Notes: generated by a model not told the origin, from the letters alone. A DNA stretch of 61,790 nt, filler included, from Globobulimina sp. (GCA_003354225.1; 25 parts of 25 records of this genome joined end to end with filler, not necessarily neighbours in it), one strand, 5' to 3'; shown: positions 1-12,384, counted from the whole stretch's first letter. Numbers and translations are program-made.

Positions 1-65
1 CAAACACAATACAACAAAGCAAAAGTCAAGCAAAATGACGAAAGAGTCAGTGTGGTCATCCCTAA

Positions 66-1910
66 TTGAGTGCATTCTTTTTTTTTTGCATTAATTTCTT
101 TTCTAAACAACCATCAAATAATGGACTTGCAAATCCAACAGCAAATGTACCTCCAATTAGAGTGTCATTAAAATTGGAGGGAGATTGTAATAATTCCCCA
201 TTAAATGATGCATTAGGAATCAATCCAACTTCATTCACAGACGCCTGGTGTAACTTCATTCCAGAGAGTTGCCATTGGAAACCTAAATGGATAAGTTCAC
301 GCTGTGGAAGCATAATTATTGAAACTGAATTTCAAGGAGCCGTAACCAGAGATGATTCTCAACTAAACCTCATCAAAGATGCGATAAGAAATAATAAACC
401 ATTTATTTATGCCGTACCAAACGGTGTCAAATCTTATAATGTATTATCATTTGGCATAGTTGATAGTACTGGTGAATGTACAATGGAAATGAATACTGAT
501 CGTTATGACACTTATTTACATGACACAAATAATGCAATCTACACTGAATGTGAAGAATTGGAAAAACATCAACATCACTGGATAGTATCTGATCATGGCA
601 AAACCATTAAAACTAGTGATGAACACGTTGCTGTGGTTCGTTTCACTAATGTTTGCGAACAAGGCCAACAATGCAAATGGATACTTAAATATACACAGAC
701 AGCTCATCATACACAACGAGTAGGTCTCGCTACCTGGAGTCAAAATAATGGTCATTGGGGTTGGCGATATTGGTTAAACTCCCAAGGAAACATCGAACAC
801 TCTCCTAACCATCAATATTTTGGCGAAAATATACTATCTGACCAGAAGCTAAAGTTTGGTACACCAGACACTGTAGAAATGATATTAGATTTAACGACGA
901 ACAAATTGCATTTTAAAGTTGGTTCACATGAATCACAGGTTGTCGATGTTGATGCACTGAATTATAAATTAGCACTGGAAGTTATCGATAGTGAAGTGAC
1001 ATTAATGGAAAGTACTTTCACACCCTGTCCTACTGATGCTGTTGGTCACTGTGTAACAGCAAGAAATGAAGACCATTGGAATACTGTAGCGATGGAAACA
1101 ACATTTAGCAGACCTGGAAGAAGTGTACCTACTCAATGTAATAATTAGCAGAAATGGGACACTGAATGCCTGGAGAATTGGATTTGTAGCTGGAAATTGG
1201 AATTACTTCAACCAATAGAATCACCATGTCTCATGGATATTGTTCTTGTTGGAGTTGAGAAGTCGCATTATTATACAATACCTCATGAAGCATTTGATAA
1301 TGGAGATTTCGGCAACATTGGTGATACAATGGAGATTTCGTTAGATTTACAGATATATGAATTGCAATTTTTTGTTAACGCTGCAAGTGGAGGAAGTTAT
1401 ACATCTGGAATTATCTCAGTCGGTAAGACAAAATATGACCTAGGCACATCAGGCACAAGATTGAAAGCAAATATGTATGGAAAATCAATTGTAGGAACAA
1501 CAGTACAAGATATCTCAGTTGCTGTAAAAGAATGTCAAATTGGTTATACTTGTCAATGGACATTAAAATGGACAGCAAAACCAGGATATGCCTGGGTTGG
1601 TATCGTAAATGACAATATCAAGACGACATCTTATGCATTAACCGTAAAAGGTGATGTGGGAAGTTTTTTCGGGAAGATATCTGCGAACTCAAACCTACAA
1701 TATGGTGAGGTAGATGATATTGTACAGATATTATTGGACTTGAAAATGAATACATTAAAATTCAAAGTTGGCCGTGAAAGTAGCAGCGGATCTTATACGT
1801 TTCGTGGTGAGTCAGAAGAGATTGCAATAGCAGCAAAGACTTACAGATTAGCAATTTCAATGATCAATGGTATCGCGGAAATAGTGGACAGTAGTTTCAC
1901 AAATTGTTGA
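66..1910 (+). CDS. Multi-repeat SPRY/B30.2-like beta-sandwich protein, probably secreted; interrupted by one in-frame TAG (1146-1148), possibly a pseudogene
   Basis: ORFs 66-1148 and 1197-1910 share a frame with a single TAG between them. There are three repeats with C-x4-C-x-W and G/D-T-[VM]-x-[MI]-x-LDL...L-x-F-x-V signatures (DTVEMILDLTTNKLHFKVG, DTMEISLDLQIYELQFFVN, DIVQILLDLKMNTLKFKVG). An upstream ATG at 35 is out of frame across a T10 run. Confidence 0.5.
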
Positions 1911-2377
1911 ACCGTGCTATCGAAAAATCAGTGCGTAATACATAATGTTTAAACAAGGATGTTAATATTATAAAGATTAAGACTTTGAAGCTTTTTTAAA
2001 CATTTAATGTAAACTCTTTAATTCATCAACTTTTTACAGTTGGAACAGCAAGTCTGCTGCAGGAAGTATGTCCTTGCACTTTCACAAGATAAACGAAAGA
2101 ACATGTTGTACTTTTTGCCAAAATCTGTACCAACCAATTCGGTACAACATGTTCTTTGTCATTGCACTCTCAAAATATGCATTATTTTATCTGAACATTT
2201 TTGCCCTCAACTTTTCAATACATTAGGGCTCTCCGATAAGTACTGGTTTTTTCAAAAACTTATCAAATATCAAACAGTTCTCAAAAATGCAATCAGTTCG
2301 ATAAGTATTTTCATTTTTTTTATATTACAGAATCTTAACAATACACACAAGAATTAGATATTACAAAAAACAAATAA

Positions 2378-2477
2378 NNNNNNNNNNNNNNNNNNNNNNN
2401 NNNNNNNNNNNNNNNNNNNNNTTAATTAATTAANNNNNNNNNNNNNNNNNNNNNNNNNNNNNNNNNNNNNNNNNNNN
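2378..2477. other. Artificial contig linker, the first of 24 (44 N + TTAATTAATTAA + 44 N)
   Basis: An identical 100-nt spacer with stops in all six frames recurs every ~2475 nt. Flanking contig lengths fall steadily from 2377 to 2374 nt. Confidence 0.99.
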
Positions 2478-2617
2478 TATCTTTTCGATCACAATGGATG
2501 AAGACGGATTCAACCCTGTATTACATTCCAGCGACAAGTCGTTAGACGCTCTTTTGATCGAGACTCCTATGGTTTAGCTGCTATTTGATACATTCCAAGC
2601 GATTGCGGCAAAGCCGT

Positions 2618-2680
2618 TTCCTGAATCAACTGTGCAATATAAGGTGTGGTCACCAGAATCTCGATTGCCGGCACCAACCT
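2618..2680 (-). other. Short bacterial-like coding fragment resembling the C-terminal part of a PilT/PilU ATPase, in a chimeric contig end
   Basis: Reads RLVPAIEILVTTPYIAQLIQE, similar to the PilT/PilU segment R-x-x-A-x-E-[IV]-L-x-x-T-P. It is only 21 codons with no larger ORF. Confidence 0.3.
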
Positions 2681-2714
2681 GGGATTCCAGTGTCAAATAC
2701 ATCTGCGCAGTCGT

Positions 2715-3934
2715 TATATTCTTCTCCATCAACACAGCCTTCTCACGCACCAAAGTTATATATTCCTTCCCGTCTTCCTCCAACAATGTCAACGCAGTTT
2801 GAGCTGCAGTACACTGAAAAGGCGGCGCGGAGGCACTGAACACATAGCCGGCACCACTTAAGGTTTGATGATGAGTGATCTCCTTATTACCAATGCAAAA
2901 ACCGCCGGTACTGCCCAATGCTTTGTCCATCCCAGCAATATACATATCAACTTCCTTATGTTTAATATTATAATAACCGGGAGTCCCTTTTGCATGAATT
3001 GTACCCAAACCGTGCGAGTCATCCAATATCAATCTGTATTTATAGATCTCCTTCAATTCAATGATGCGGTTTAATTTGCAAATATCGCCATGGTTAGCAA
3101 ATAGACCCTCGCTGACAATGAACCTTCGATTTAAGGTGCTGTTCGATTTGGAATCCTCTTCGTTGACAGTCTGCAAACAGGTCTCTAATGCATTCATATT
3201 GTTATGTTCGTACCATATCACATTGCTGCGCGACAAGATCGCGCCTTGCGTTATTAAGTAATGACAGCCTTCGTCACTGTTATTGACACATCATATTATT
3301 ACAGGATATAAATATAAATACAACGTAACATTACTAATAAGTCATCGCGTTTAGCAAAGGCAGTGATGACAGAGGCGGGGAGCCCGACGTAATCAGCGTA
3401 TATAATGGCGTGGTTGCCAAAATATTGAGATAATGCACGTTCTAATTTCAAATGTATATCCATTGTGCCATAAAAACCGCGTGGCCCACAACTGCCGACA
3501 GCGTATTTTTTGATGGTCTCAGTGGCTGCGTCAATGACCTGTTGATTTCGTGACATGCCTAAATAATTACTGGAGGATAAATGGATGTATTGGGTGTCGC
3601 CAGCAGTGACGACTGGGCCCACGCCGCTGTCTAAATGGATATAATTGGAGGATAAGGTGCTATTTGCTTGCTCGACGAGTGATGCGGGCACTAATGGCTC
3701 TGGTTCCCATTCCCGGATTAACCCTTCCTGTTCGCGTACTGTTAGCCGGTCAAAATCAGAGGGTTCCTTACGTTGGTCACGTTTGAAAAACATCCAAGAG
3801 ACTAAGATAATTAATGCTAATTCTGTCACCATATGGTATGGATTATCACGATAGGCGGAGGCTAAATGATGTAGCCACCAATCCAATGATAAAACCATGT
3901 AAATGTCAAATGGTGCATAGTCTGGATCGGACAT
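2715..3934 (-). CDS. LCB1: Serine palmitoyltransferase subunit LCB1/SPTLC1; 3' end lost at a chimeric junction near 2714
   Basis: N-terminal TM helix and motifs EWEPEPLV, KYAVGSCGPRGFYGTMDIH and GYVFSASAPP. Removing a 53-nt GT-AG intron (3277-3329) gives KRDDLLVIDEGCH. Confidence 0.92.
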
Positions 3935-4045
3935 GGACGCGGCTGTAAACTCACTTTGACTCAGTAAAAAACTTTAAAGCAAGCAACTTATATTTAAAGA
4001 CTCGGATTGATTAAATTATAATAGCACTTAAATCAATTTAACAAT

Positions 4046-4789
4046 TTACAACATATCTTGTAAATTCATAGGCATTTCATCAATTTGTGTGGCATAAAAT
4101 TGTTCAATATCTCTTAAAATCCGGATATCATCATCTTTGACAAAATTAATGGCCACGCCTCTCCTTCCAAACCTTCCTGATCTACCAATCCGATGTATAT
4201 ATAGCTCTCGCGAGTTGGCTAAATCATAATTAATGACCAATGTCACTTGCGAGATATCAATACCTCGGCCAAAGATATCCGTGGCAATCAATACCCGACA
4301 TTCGCCATTGCGGAAGGACGCAGTTATATCATTCCTCTCTTTCTGCGTCAAATCTCCATGGATCGCATTCACAGTAAAATTCTTTTTAATTAATTCCTGT
4401 TGCAACCACGAACATTTTTGCTTGGTATTGACAAATATTATCGCTTGGTTTATAGTCAATGTGTCATATAAATCGCATAAAGTATCAAATTTCCAATCTT
4501 CTTTCTCCACAGAAATAAAAAACTGCTTAATTCCTTCCAAGGTCAATTCATCCCTTTTTACCAAGATCTGGATCGGATCGTTCATGAATTTCGATGTAAT
4601 GGACAATATCTCAGGTGATATGGTAGCAGATATTAATATGATTTGTGTGTCATGCGGCAAACACCTGTAACATTCATATAATTGCAATTTAAAGTTCTTC
4701 TGCAACATTTCATCCGCCTCATCAATCACTAATATTTTAATGTTTTTCGTGTTTAAGGCGCCGCGTTGTATCATATCGTTGATACGGCC
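4046..4789 (-). CDS. EIF4A3: DEAD-box RNA helicase eIF4A-III (exon junction complex core), 5' partial
   Basis: Motifs DEAD, SAT, GRGID and [15 protein letters not shown]. The C-terminus [19 protein letters not shown] is typical of eIF4A-III. Confidence 0.9.
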   Translation of the reverse strand, partial: GRINDMIQRGALNTKNIKILVIDEADEMLQKNFKLQLYECYRCLPHDTQIILISATISPEILSITSKFMNDPIQILVKRDELTLEGIKQFFISVEKEDWKFDTLCDLYDTLTINQAIIFVNTKQKCSWLQQELIKKNFTVNAIHGDLTQKERNDITASFRNGECRVLIATDIFGRGIDISQVTLVINYDLANSRELYIHRIGRSGRFGRRGVAINFVKDDDIRILRDIEQFYATQIDEMPMNLQDML

Positions 4790-5341
4790 ACTGACCCACG
4801 CGCACCGCGGCTGTACAAGGTTATCGATGGGGCCGAGATTAAGGCCAAGGCCAANNNNNNNNNNNNNNNNNNNNNNNNNNNNNNNNNNNNNNNNNNNNTT
4901 AATTAATTAANNNNNNNNNNNNNNNNNNNNNNNNNNNNNNNNNNNNNNNNNNNNCACGTCAATTGGATTGACGTGTTTTGTCCTGCGGATTACGATGGCA
5001 ATCCATATTTATGTGCGATAATAACAAGATATGGATCACATTCAATGACTTGGCCACAGGGCATATTTAAACTCAATTCATGGCAAACACAAATAACAAT
5101 GCAATATCTAAGGGCTGTTTTTATGTTAAAATGCAGAGAAAAGTTTGATAAAACAAATTGTTAACTTTGTGATTGATATAAAGTAACTTTCGTAACAATT
5201 ATTTAATTGCAACCTGTTCACAATTCACAATATACAGACAGTTTATCGTTTTTGTATTGGATTTTGTCGGATTTACACAAACTGAATTATGCAAAGTTTT
5301 TAAGCTTTCCACTTTAAAAAAAAATCAACAAACCTTGGAGA

Positions 5342-7331
5342 ATGCCGACTGCAAACTTAAATTTTGCAGATCAGATTTATCAGCTCTTCAAGTCAGAGCA
5401 GACCACAGCGATCAAATACAACCAACTGGCGAGTCTATTCGAGCAAACGTACGGCGCGCCATTCGACACAATCCGGTTAAGAGAACTGCCCTTCATCCAG
5501 TTCGACAAAACCGGCACCAAATTCAAAGAAACAATGATTTTTTTAGTTATCGAATTAGATGATTGCTGTTTCCAATGCCGAACCTATTGCAAATTGCTAC
5601 ATACCATCGACTCGACGGATAAATTCAAACAAATTTATCGAGAGCCCGCTCACTCGCAACCCTCCAAGTTAACCGACATCAAAATCCCTCACATTCGCTT
5701 AACCCATCGGCTCAAAGACATCTTAAACGAAAATGTGTCCAACTCATTCCACAAAGAAATGAAACTATGCGCTATTATTACACAACATAATCGAAAATAT
5801 CCGTCATATAAATCGCACGAACCGACCTCTCATGGCATCTCCATCCGGTTCAAATCCACTTTTTTGGTGACTTACTCGCAATATCGGCCCGTGGGCCAAC
5901 ACCTAATATCGCTCAGAAAGCAGGCAAACAACGGCAATAACTCAGCGCTGACAAACAGGAATATTTTCGACTGCATCACCGACGATTATTGCAACAAAAA
6001 TATACATTGTTTATCCATTGCAATCTCGCCCAAATGGACGGATACCAAATTAATTCCGGAGTTGATCGAACATGTCGTTCAAACTAAAAAAAAAGTTGTC
6101 GACGTTTACATTCGCGATACAGTGCGTTTGGGCTTTTTCAGCACCAAATCGCTCAAAATCGCCCAGACTTTCGTGGAAAATGCCAAAAACCAAAAGATCA
6201 AATGCCTCGGCCGCACGGTGTATGCGTCCATTGTCACCATTCCAAAGAGCGACAAACACAAACATGTCCAAAGTGGATACCGCATAAAATTGCAAAACTT
6301 GCCGGCTGTTTTGGGTATGGGTGCCTACGATGACTGGATCTATAAAATCACCGCCACGCAGAAGAAGAAATATTTAATCTACGATTCGCTCATTATTTTC
6401 CCCAAAAGAACCAAGGAAATCGCACAATGCTTCATGTTATTTAACAGCAGGAAAGACTGCAAATTCGTGATTAAGAAATTGAACAACGGCAAATTTCGAG
6501 GCTTTGCTTTGAAATTTAAATATTTGGAGAATCTGTGCCAGAATGTCAGCCATAAACGGCCGAGTATTACAGTCAAAACCAAACAAGATATCATCAAACA
6601 ACACAAAGTTAGCAACTTAGCCATAACGGTGCCAATCAAGAAAAGCAAGAAAAGTGTCATGAAAAGTATGAGCACGCACTGTCAAACCATGCCAGCTCAA
6701 AGCAGTCAAAGTCAAACTGTTCCGGTCAATGCCTGGCCAAAACCGGCCAAAAAAGCTGTAAACGTCGACCCGAAACCGACAGCAACAGTGCACACTGCGT
6801 GCGATGCCAAAAAAGTGGAGGAAATGCTGCAAACCTTCGCGGACAAAACGTTCGATGACGACACTTCGATGGAGACCTCGATTGAGGAGAAATCGCAGGA
6901 AGAGACCTGTGCCGACGAACAGATTGTCATTGAACAGGAACATGAGAATGAGTATGAATACGAAGGTGAGACCAAAACAAATGAAGAAATGGACGGTATA
7001 CAGGGCATACAGTACGAACTCAACTCGCTGCAGCACGAAACGGATAATATTTTGACGCCGCACCTGGTGGAAATTAACAAATTTATTATCTCGTTCGAGT
7101 CCAACCGACAGTTATATGCCTCGCAGGAGAGGCAAATCCAGCGCACCTTTCGTAAGGCCCAAAAAGAGCAAAATGACATTTTAGACAAAATCAATAGGAA
7201 CGAAGACCGGTATCGACGGTTAAAGGTGAATATGGCAGAGATTGTTTATGAAGAAAAATGGAAAGACATTATACAGCATTTAAATGAAAATATATTAGCT
7301 AAGCTGAACGGAAATGCATTGATATTCAATA
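5342..7331 (+). CDS. Putative RNA-binding protein: 1-2 LOTUS/OST-HTH-like domains, two divergent RRM-like domains, acidic linker and coiled coil; 3' partial
   Basis: Uninterrupted ORF of over 660 codons. N-terminal IKYNQLASLFEQTYGAPFD..LRELPFI is LOTUS-like. YRIKLQNLP...QCFMLFNSRKDCKFVIKKLNNGKFRGFALKFKY is RRM-like. Confidence 0.55.
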
Positions 7332-7431
7332 NNNNNNNNNNNNNNNNNNNNNNNNNNNNNNNNNNNNNNNNNNNNTTAATTAATTAANNNNNNNNNNNNN
7401 NNNNNNNNNNNNNNNNNNNNNNNNNNNNNNN

Positions 7432-8437
7432 AACCACAATCATGGTTCAAATGCCATAAATCTAAACTAGTCAATTTATTCCATGATTTAAAACAGTTTT
7501 TAATATCATTGGTTGTGATATTATCATATTTATTATACGACACCATTCCAAACCGAAGTATTTTGAGTTTACATAATAACGATAGTGGATACAAGTCGTC
7601 TCTATCAATGTATAACATGCCAACATTCAAACATTCAATACAGATAAATTTATTTTTATCAAATTGTAATTCATTAATTTTATATAGATTTTTTGCATAT
7701 TCTTTATAAACATTGTTTGCCGCTAATTCAAATAATGCTTTATTCACAAAATATAATGATGTTTTAATCTCTTCCTTTCCAACAAAGTTATATATTGTAT
7801 CAAAATGAGTGATTAAAATATTTAAAATTGCTACTTGTCTGTGTTGAGTAGTTTGATTATAAAGATATTCATTTGTTATTTTATCTATTTCTGTTTGACT
7901 TTGTTTTTTATGAATTTTATCGAGTTCTGTTTTAATACGACTCATCTCTTTAGCGATAATAAATTGTTGTTGCATACTATATAACAACTGTTGTTGGTCA
8001 CGAATTAGTTGAACATATTCATCGTCCTCAAACCATTGTGGTTGCGATAAAATAGTATAAAGCACTGTTTTTCGTATAATATCTGCGTCATATTTGTCAT
8101 ATAATTTATTTGCATCGCTACTCACACCGCCACATAATTCGTCATTGTTATCATGTTCATTTCCATTTTCTTCATCTTCATCCATTTCTTTTTCGTCTTT
8201 TTCTGTAGTATTATTATTATTCTTTATCCATTTTTTAATATAAATTGGTAATACTTGTTTCAATTTATCTTTATTCTCATCATCGAGTGTTTCAATTATA
8301 ATCAAATCCGTTTCTTTAATATATATTACAAACTGATGGCTGAAAAATAGTGTAATACCTAATGATGCAATAAAATTTTCCAAAACATCATCAAAAGATA
8401 TTGCAGTCGGATTAGCGATATTCCTTATTGACAACAT
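7432..8437 (-). CDS. F-box-like plus leucine-rich-repeat protein, 3' partial
   Basis: ILITHFDTIYNFVGKEEIKTSLYFVNKALFELA is F-box-like and is followed by LRR units (KLKILRFG, KLTSLDLW). There may be an in-frame 45-nt GT-AG intron near the 5' end. Confidence 0.5.
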
Positions 8438-8443
8438 TTTTTT

Positions 8444-9595
8444 TTAAAACGAAAAGTCATTCACTCGAATTGTAGTTTTTTTCGCAATTTTAAGAAAGTT
8501 TGAACATAATAACTGGCGTAATTTATCTTTTCCATAAAAATCCATTTCAAATACCTGTAATTGTTTTGTTGCCACTGCGTCATCATCAATATCCTCATCA
8601 TCATCTGTTCCGTTTTTGGTATTCTCATCGTATATTTCCACAAACTCGGATGTAATTATTCCATCGACTTTTAATTTACCAAATGCTTTATTTGTATCAC
8701 CATGAAATATTTTTAAATCAAGCACTAATTTTTCAAACAATTTAATTAATTTGACAGTATTTATTAATAATTCTTGATCAACATTCATTTTCTGTGTATT
8801 GATAACATCAAAAGATTGCCAATTCAAAATCTCATAAACATTAAGAATAATTTCGTTGAGTGATTTAAATTGCTTTAATATTTTAATTAGACCAAAATTG
8901 TCGGAAATAATATCAATAATATTACTTTCATTAACAACTATTTCAATTTTTGTTAAATATTTTGAATTTGCTAATAATGATAAATTTGGAGCAAACTGCT
9001 TTTCACCACTTATTTGCATCGATAATGTTTTAATTGGATTTTGTACCATCGCTAATAAATTATTTGTAAATGTTTTATGCATTTCATCGTTTCCATATGT
9101 TTCTGACCATAAACATAATGATGTGATTTTATCGCATTTTATATTTTCAAATGCTTGATTAATTATATTAATATCCACATCATCATCAAAATGGCATTCG
9201 TCCATTGCTAATGTTTCTAAATTATGTAAAGAGCGAAATACATTCAAAAACTCTTTGGAAATTAGTGCGGAAGCAAAGCCGATTTGTTTTAAATATTTAA
9301 AATGAAAGAAACATTCATTGCCAAATTCATACGACGGATCAGTTTTTTCTAACCATTGTTTTGTTTCTTTGCATTGATTTTCAAAAGTTACGGTGTTATT
9401 ATTTTCACACGCAATGATGAATTCATTTAATGCATCATGATCCCATTCGCAATGTTGGATAATGAACTCACATAAAACGGCAACATCAATTGTTTTAATT
9501 ACATTTTTTATTCCGTCTTCACTGCATAACTGATGATCACGTTTTTGTTTTTTGAATGGTATCTCATTTAGATCTCCACGTTTCTGTCGCTTCAT
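8444..9595 (-). CDS. Leucine-rich-repeat (RNI-like) protein with basic NLS-like N-terminus
   Basis: Long ORF, likely ATG at 9595 (MKRQKRG...FKKQKR). LRR-like units include LHNLETLAMDEC, KITSLCLW, YLTKIEI and FKSLNEIILN. Confidence 0.55.
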   Translation of the reverse strand: MKRQKRGDLNEIPFKKQKRDHQLCSEDGIKNVIKTIDVAVLCEFIIQHCEWDHDALNEFIIACENNNTVTFENQCKETKQWLEKTDPSYEFGNECFFHFKYLKQIGFASALISKEFLNVFRSLHNLETLAMDECHFDDDVDINIINQAFENIKCDKITSLCLWSETYGNDEMHKTFTNNLLAMVQNPIKTLSMQISGEKQFAPNLSLLANSKYLTKIEIVVNESNIIDIISDNFGLIKILKQFKSLNEIILNVYEILNWQSFDVINTQKMNVDQELLINTVKLIKLFEKLVLDLKIFHGDTNKAFGKLKVDGIITSEFVEIYDENTKNGTDDDEDIDDDAVATKQLQVFEMDFYGKDKLRQLLCSNFLKIAKKTTIRVNDFSF

Positions 9596-9674
9596 TTGGA
9601 GTTCATTGTGCGCCTTGCAATAAGATAACACTGTTTTTAAGCTGTTTTTAATTTTTAGCTCACTTCATCAAAAA

Positions 9675-9808
9675 ATGAGAATTTTTCGGAAATTGAAAGC
9701 AAAAGGTTCAACACCCAATGGCACTGCAACTACAGCCCAATATCAACGAATCGACACTCTCAGCTCTTTACCTAATCTAGCTGGAGAACATGATAGCAAT
9801 GAATTGGA
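9675..9808 (+). CDS. 5' end of an uncharacterised gene, divergent from 8444-9595
   Basis: AAAAAATG start context, open to the contig end. Confidence 0.4.
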
Positions 9809-9908
9809 NNNNNNNNNNNNNNNNNNNNNNNNNNNNNNNNNNNNNNNNNNNNTTAATTAATTAANNNNNNNNNNNNNNNNNNNNNNNNNNNNNNNNNNNN
9901 NNNNNNNN

Positions 9909-10344
9909 TTGTTGTGAATTGTGAGACAATGTTGGCTATTGCTGGGATGTCGTTGTCGTAGTTGTGTGCGTTGTCACTACTCCAGTGTACGGGTCCGTCC
10001 TCGTGTGCGTCGTTTGCACTGGCTATTATTGGTGCACGGGCTGGTGATGGACAGGCTGGTGATTTACCACTTAGTGTTGCTACTGATGCACGATAGGTTG
10101 CTGTTGCTGTTAGTGAACCACTGTGTGTTAGGGCTGGTGCGTCGTCGTATAGCTGCTGCTCGTGTGCTGCTATTAGACTACTGGCTACGAGACAACCTGG
10201 TGAGAGTAGACTGGATCTTGGACTACTTGGTGGGTAGTCTGTGTGTGCATCACAGGCTCTGCATGGACTACCTACTAGTGGTGCGCGTCGTGATGCACAA
10301 TTTGGTTCTGCATTGGGTCTATTTGGAGTTATTGTCGGTATCAT
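9909..10344 (-). CDS. Uncharacterised Ala/Ser/Pro-rich ORF in a GC-richer segment, possibly of foreign or chimeric origin
   Basis: About 145 open codons running off the contig. Composition differs from the adjacent AT-rich DNA and no motif is recognisable. Confidence 0.3.
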
Positions 10345-10628
10345 ACAATCCCAAGGAGTCTCACGCTAAATAACTGCTAACTTTCCTTCTTGCTCTAAAT
10401 AATATTAAAAACGGAATATCGCAAACCAAAAACTACATTTTTCATCATCGAAATTGATCTGACAAACGTGACAGAAGACAAAGTCCAAATTTTGACATAA
10501 CGATCAAAAAACAAACAAAAAGAAAACAAAAAATGGCTTTACAAGTTTGCAAACAGTCGGTCAACTAAAAAAAGTGTGGAGAACAGAAAGAGATTTATAT
10601 ACATAATACTGTATAAGTTGCATTTTAT

Positions 10629-11767
10629 TCACGGTGGAATGGCTTGACTCTTAGAAACAATATTTTTGAATATCTGATCAAAAACATCAGTGACTTGATC
10701 CGGTTCATACGCACATGTTTCAAATGTAAGCACTTGTTTATTTTCATCAGTAATCTGTCGAATAAATTGATCTTTAATAAACTGTTTATTTTTATCAATT
10801 TTCTCCTCATTTTCACAATTCGCAAAATATTCCTTTTCATCATATCCGTCTTTATCATAATCAAAACACGTCGAAAGTGATTGATTTATGATCTTCTCAT
10901 TGAATAAATCTTTTTTATTAAAAATTAAAAACAAAGAGGACTGTTTAAACCAATGCGAGTCTTGTTTTATAGTCTCGGCAAATAAGTCAATGGCATCGCG
11001 CAATGAATTCACAGTTTCATCCTCATATAACAACTCATTATACGCCGACAATGACACTACATATACGATGGCAGAAACATTCTCAAAATGATGGATCCAT
11101 TTCCGGCGCTCATTCTTCTGTCCGCCCACATCGACCATTTGGAACTTCGCATCTGAATTATCCGCAATCCATTGCTCAATCAAGCCGGTGGTGGCCCGCC
11201 GTTGCATTAATATGTCTTTATCGCTGGGCTCAAACGAAGCGGACGAGATTCTATCAATGCTGTCAAAGAAATGAGCGCATGGACCATTTAATTGTAATCT
11301 GGCCTTTGTTTATTGTGGAATGTGGATTATATAAACCTATAAAGTGTGGGGAGAGGAACGCGCAGATTCGCACATACTGTCTCATCGAATAAGTCTTTGA
11401 TTTCTTGCTGCTCCCATAATATTTTTATATATGCGGATATTTCTGTTGTTAATGTCACATTTGAATTGGCTTTGATTTCGAGGATTTTGTTTGCTGCAAC
11501 TTTCGCATCCTCATTTTTAAATTCTTGGATGTTACATTTTTCATCCTCTAATAATAAGCGCATAGTCTCGACCACAAACTCGGCTATGCCATAAACTGCG
11601 TCTTTTTTGTCTTTATTTGTAAATCCTGTGCCGTATAACTGTTTTAATTGTTTAAACAGGGTTGATTTCCCACAGCCACCACTTCCTAAAAATAAGATTT
11701 TGTGGGTGCTTTTTTTGGATGTTGCGTCATCGCCAGCATATTCTTCAGGTTTACAACATGCGCCCAT
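10629..11767 (-). CDS. Heterotrimeric G-protein alpha subunit, complete, 2 exons
   Basis: MGACC acylation motif, GSGGCGKST, RRATTG, DVGGQKNERRKW, NKKD and TCA. Intron 11304-11377 (GTATGT..AAG) joins DLFDET|ARLQLNG. Confidence 0.95.
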
Positions 11768-11858
11768 TGTGCGACGTGTGAGCAACGTTTTTTGTATGAA
11801 ATATCTCGATTATTTTAAAAATTAAAACCTCACTTCACAGTAAGAACTAAGAAGTGAG

Positions 11859-12284
11859 TTATTGATCATGAGTCTTACCAAGCATTAGGCGCCTGCTATT
11901 CAATAAAAATTGTCTCTCAAACTTGAATAAAACCGCAAATATTAATATCAAACATAATACTGCAACACCAGCATGAAATACATAGCATATTAACTTATTG
12001 CCACCACAAATATTGTTATAATTATCATGCAGTACAAATAATTGATTTGATTTATTTGTAATAAAATATGACAGAATCAAAACAATGAATAATTGAAAGC
12101 AAGTAAATATTGGATAAAATATTTTGGTTAAATGAATATCATGGCGATGAATAAAGTAACAATTATAAATAATTCGAATTATGATATTTATACAATTTGC
12201 ATAAATTAAGCCATTTACGCCCATATTTATCTCAATAAAATACTTAACAGTCATCCAATAAATAAGAGTGGTAATTATTAAAAA
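11859..12284 (-). CDS. RFT1: RFT1 (Man5GlcNAc2-PP-dolichol translocation protein), C-terminal part
   Basis: GVNGLIYANCINIIIRIIYNCYFIH and HAGVAVLCL...FERQF match the RFT1 C-terminal pattern G-x-x-x-ANC-x-N-x-x-IRI...FIH. Confidence 0.75.
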   Translation of the reverse strand, partial: FLIITTLIYWMTVKYFIEINMGVNGLIYANCINIIIRIIYNCYFIHRHDIHLTKIFYPIFTCFQLFIVLILSYFITNKSNQLFVLHDNYNNICGGNKLICYVFHAGVAVLCLILIFAVLFKFERQFLLNSRRLMLGKTHDQ

Positions 12285-12384
12285 NNNNNNNNNNNNNNNN
12301 NNNNNNNNNNNNNNNNNNNNNNNNNNNNTTAATTAATTAANNNNNNNNNNNNNNNNNNNNNNNNNNNNNNNNNNNNNNNNNNNN

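Noticed and set aside
2574-2714. Novel C-terminal domain on LCB1, as shown in the ORF track
   Set aside because: Similarity to LCB1 stops at about 2715 and the normal C-terminal domain is absent. The tail is read-through into foreign sequence. The same applies to the Pro-rich tail after 51815.
4233-4670. Long antisense and alternate-frame ORFs overlapping real genes (this one and many others in the track)
   Set aside because: They are shadows of codon bias on the opposite strand and have no motifs of their own.
1146-8446. Alternative genetic code (TAA/TAG read as sense) suggested by two in-frame stops
   Set aside because: Conserved genes end at the expected place with TAA (eIF4A-III, kynureninase) or TGA (G-alpha, RabGGTase), and long conserved ORFs contain no internal TAR codons.
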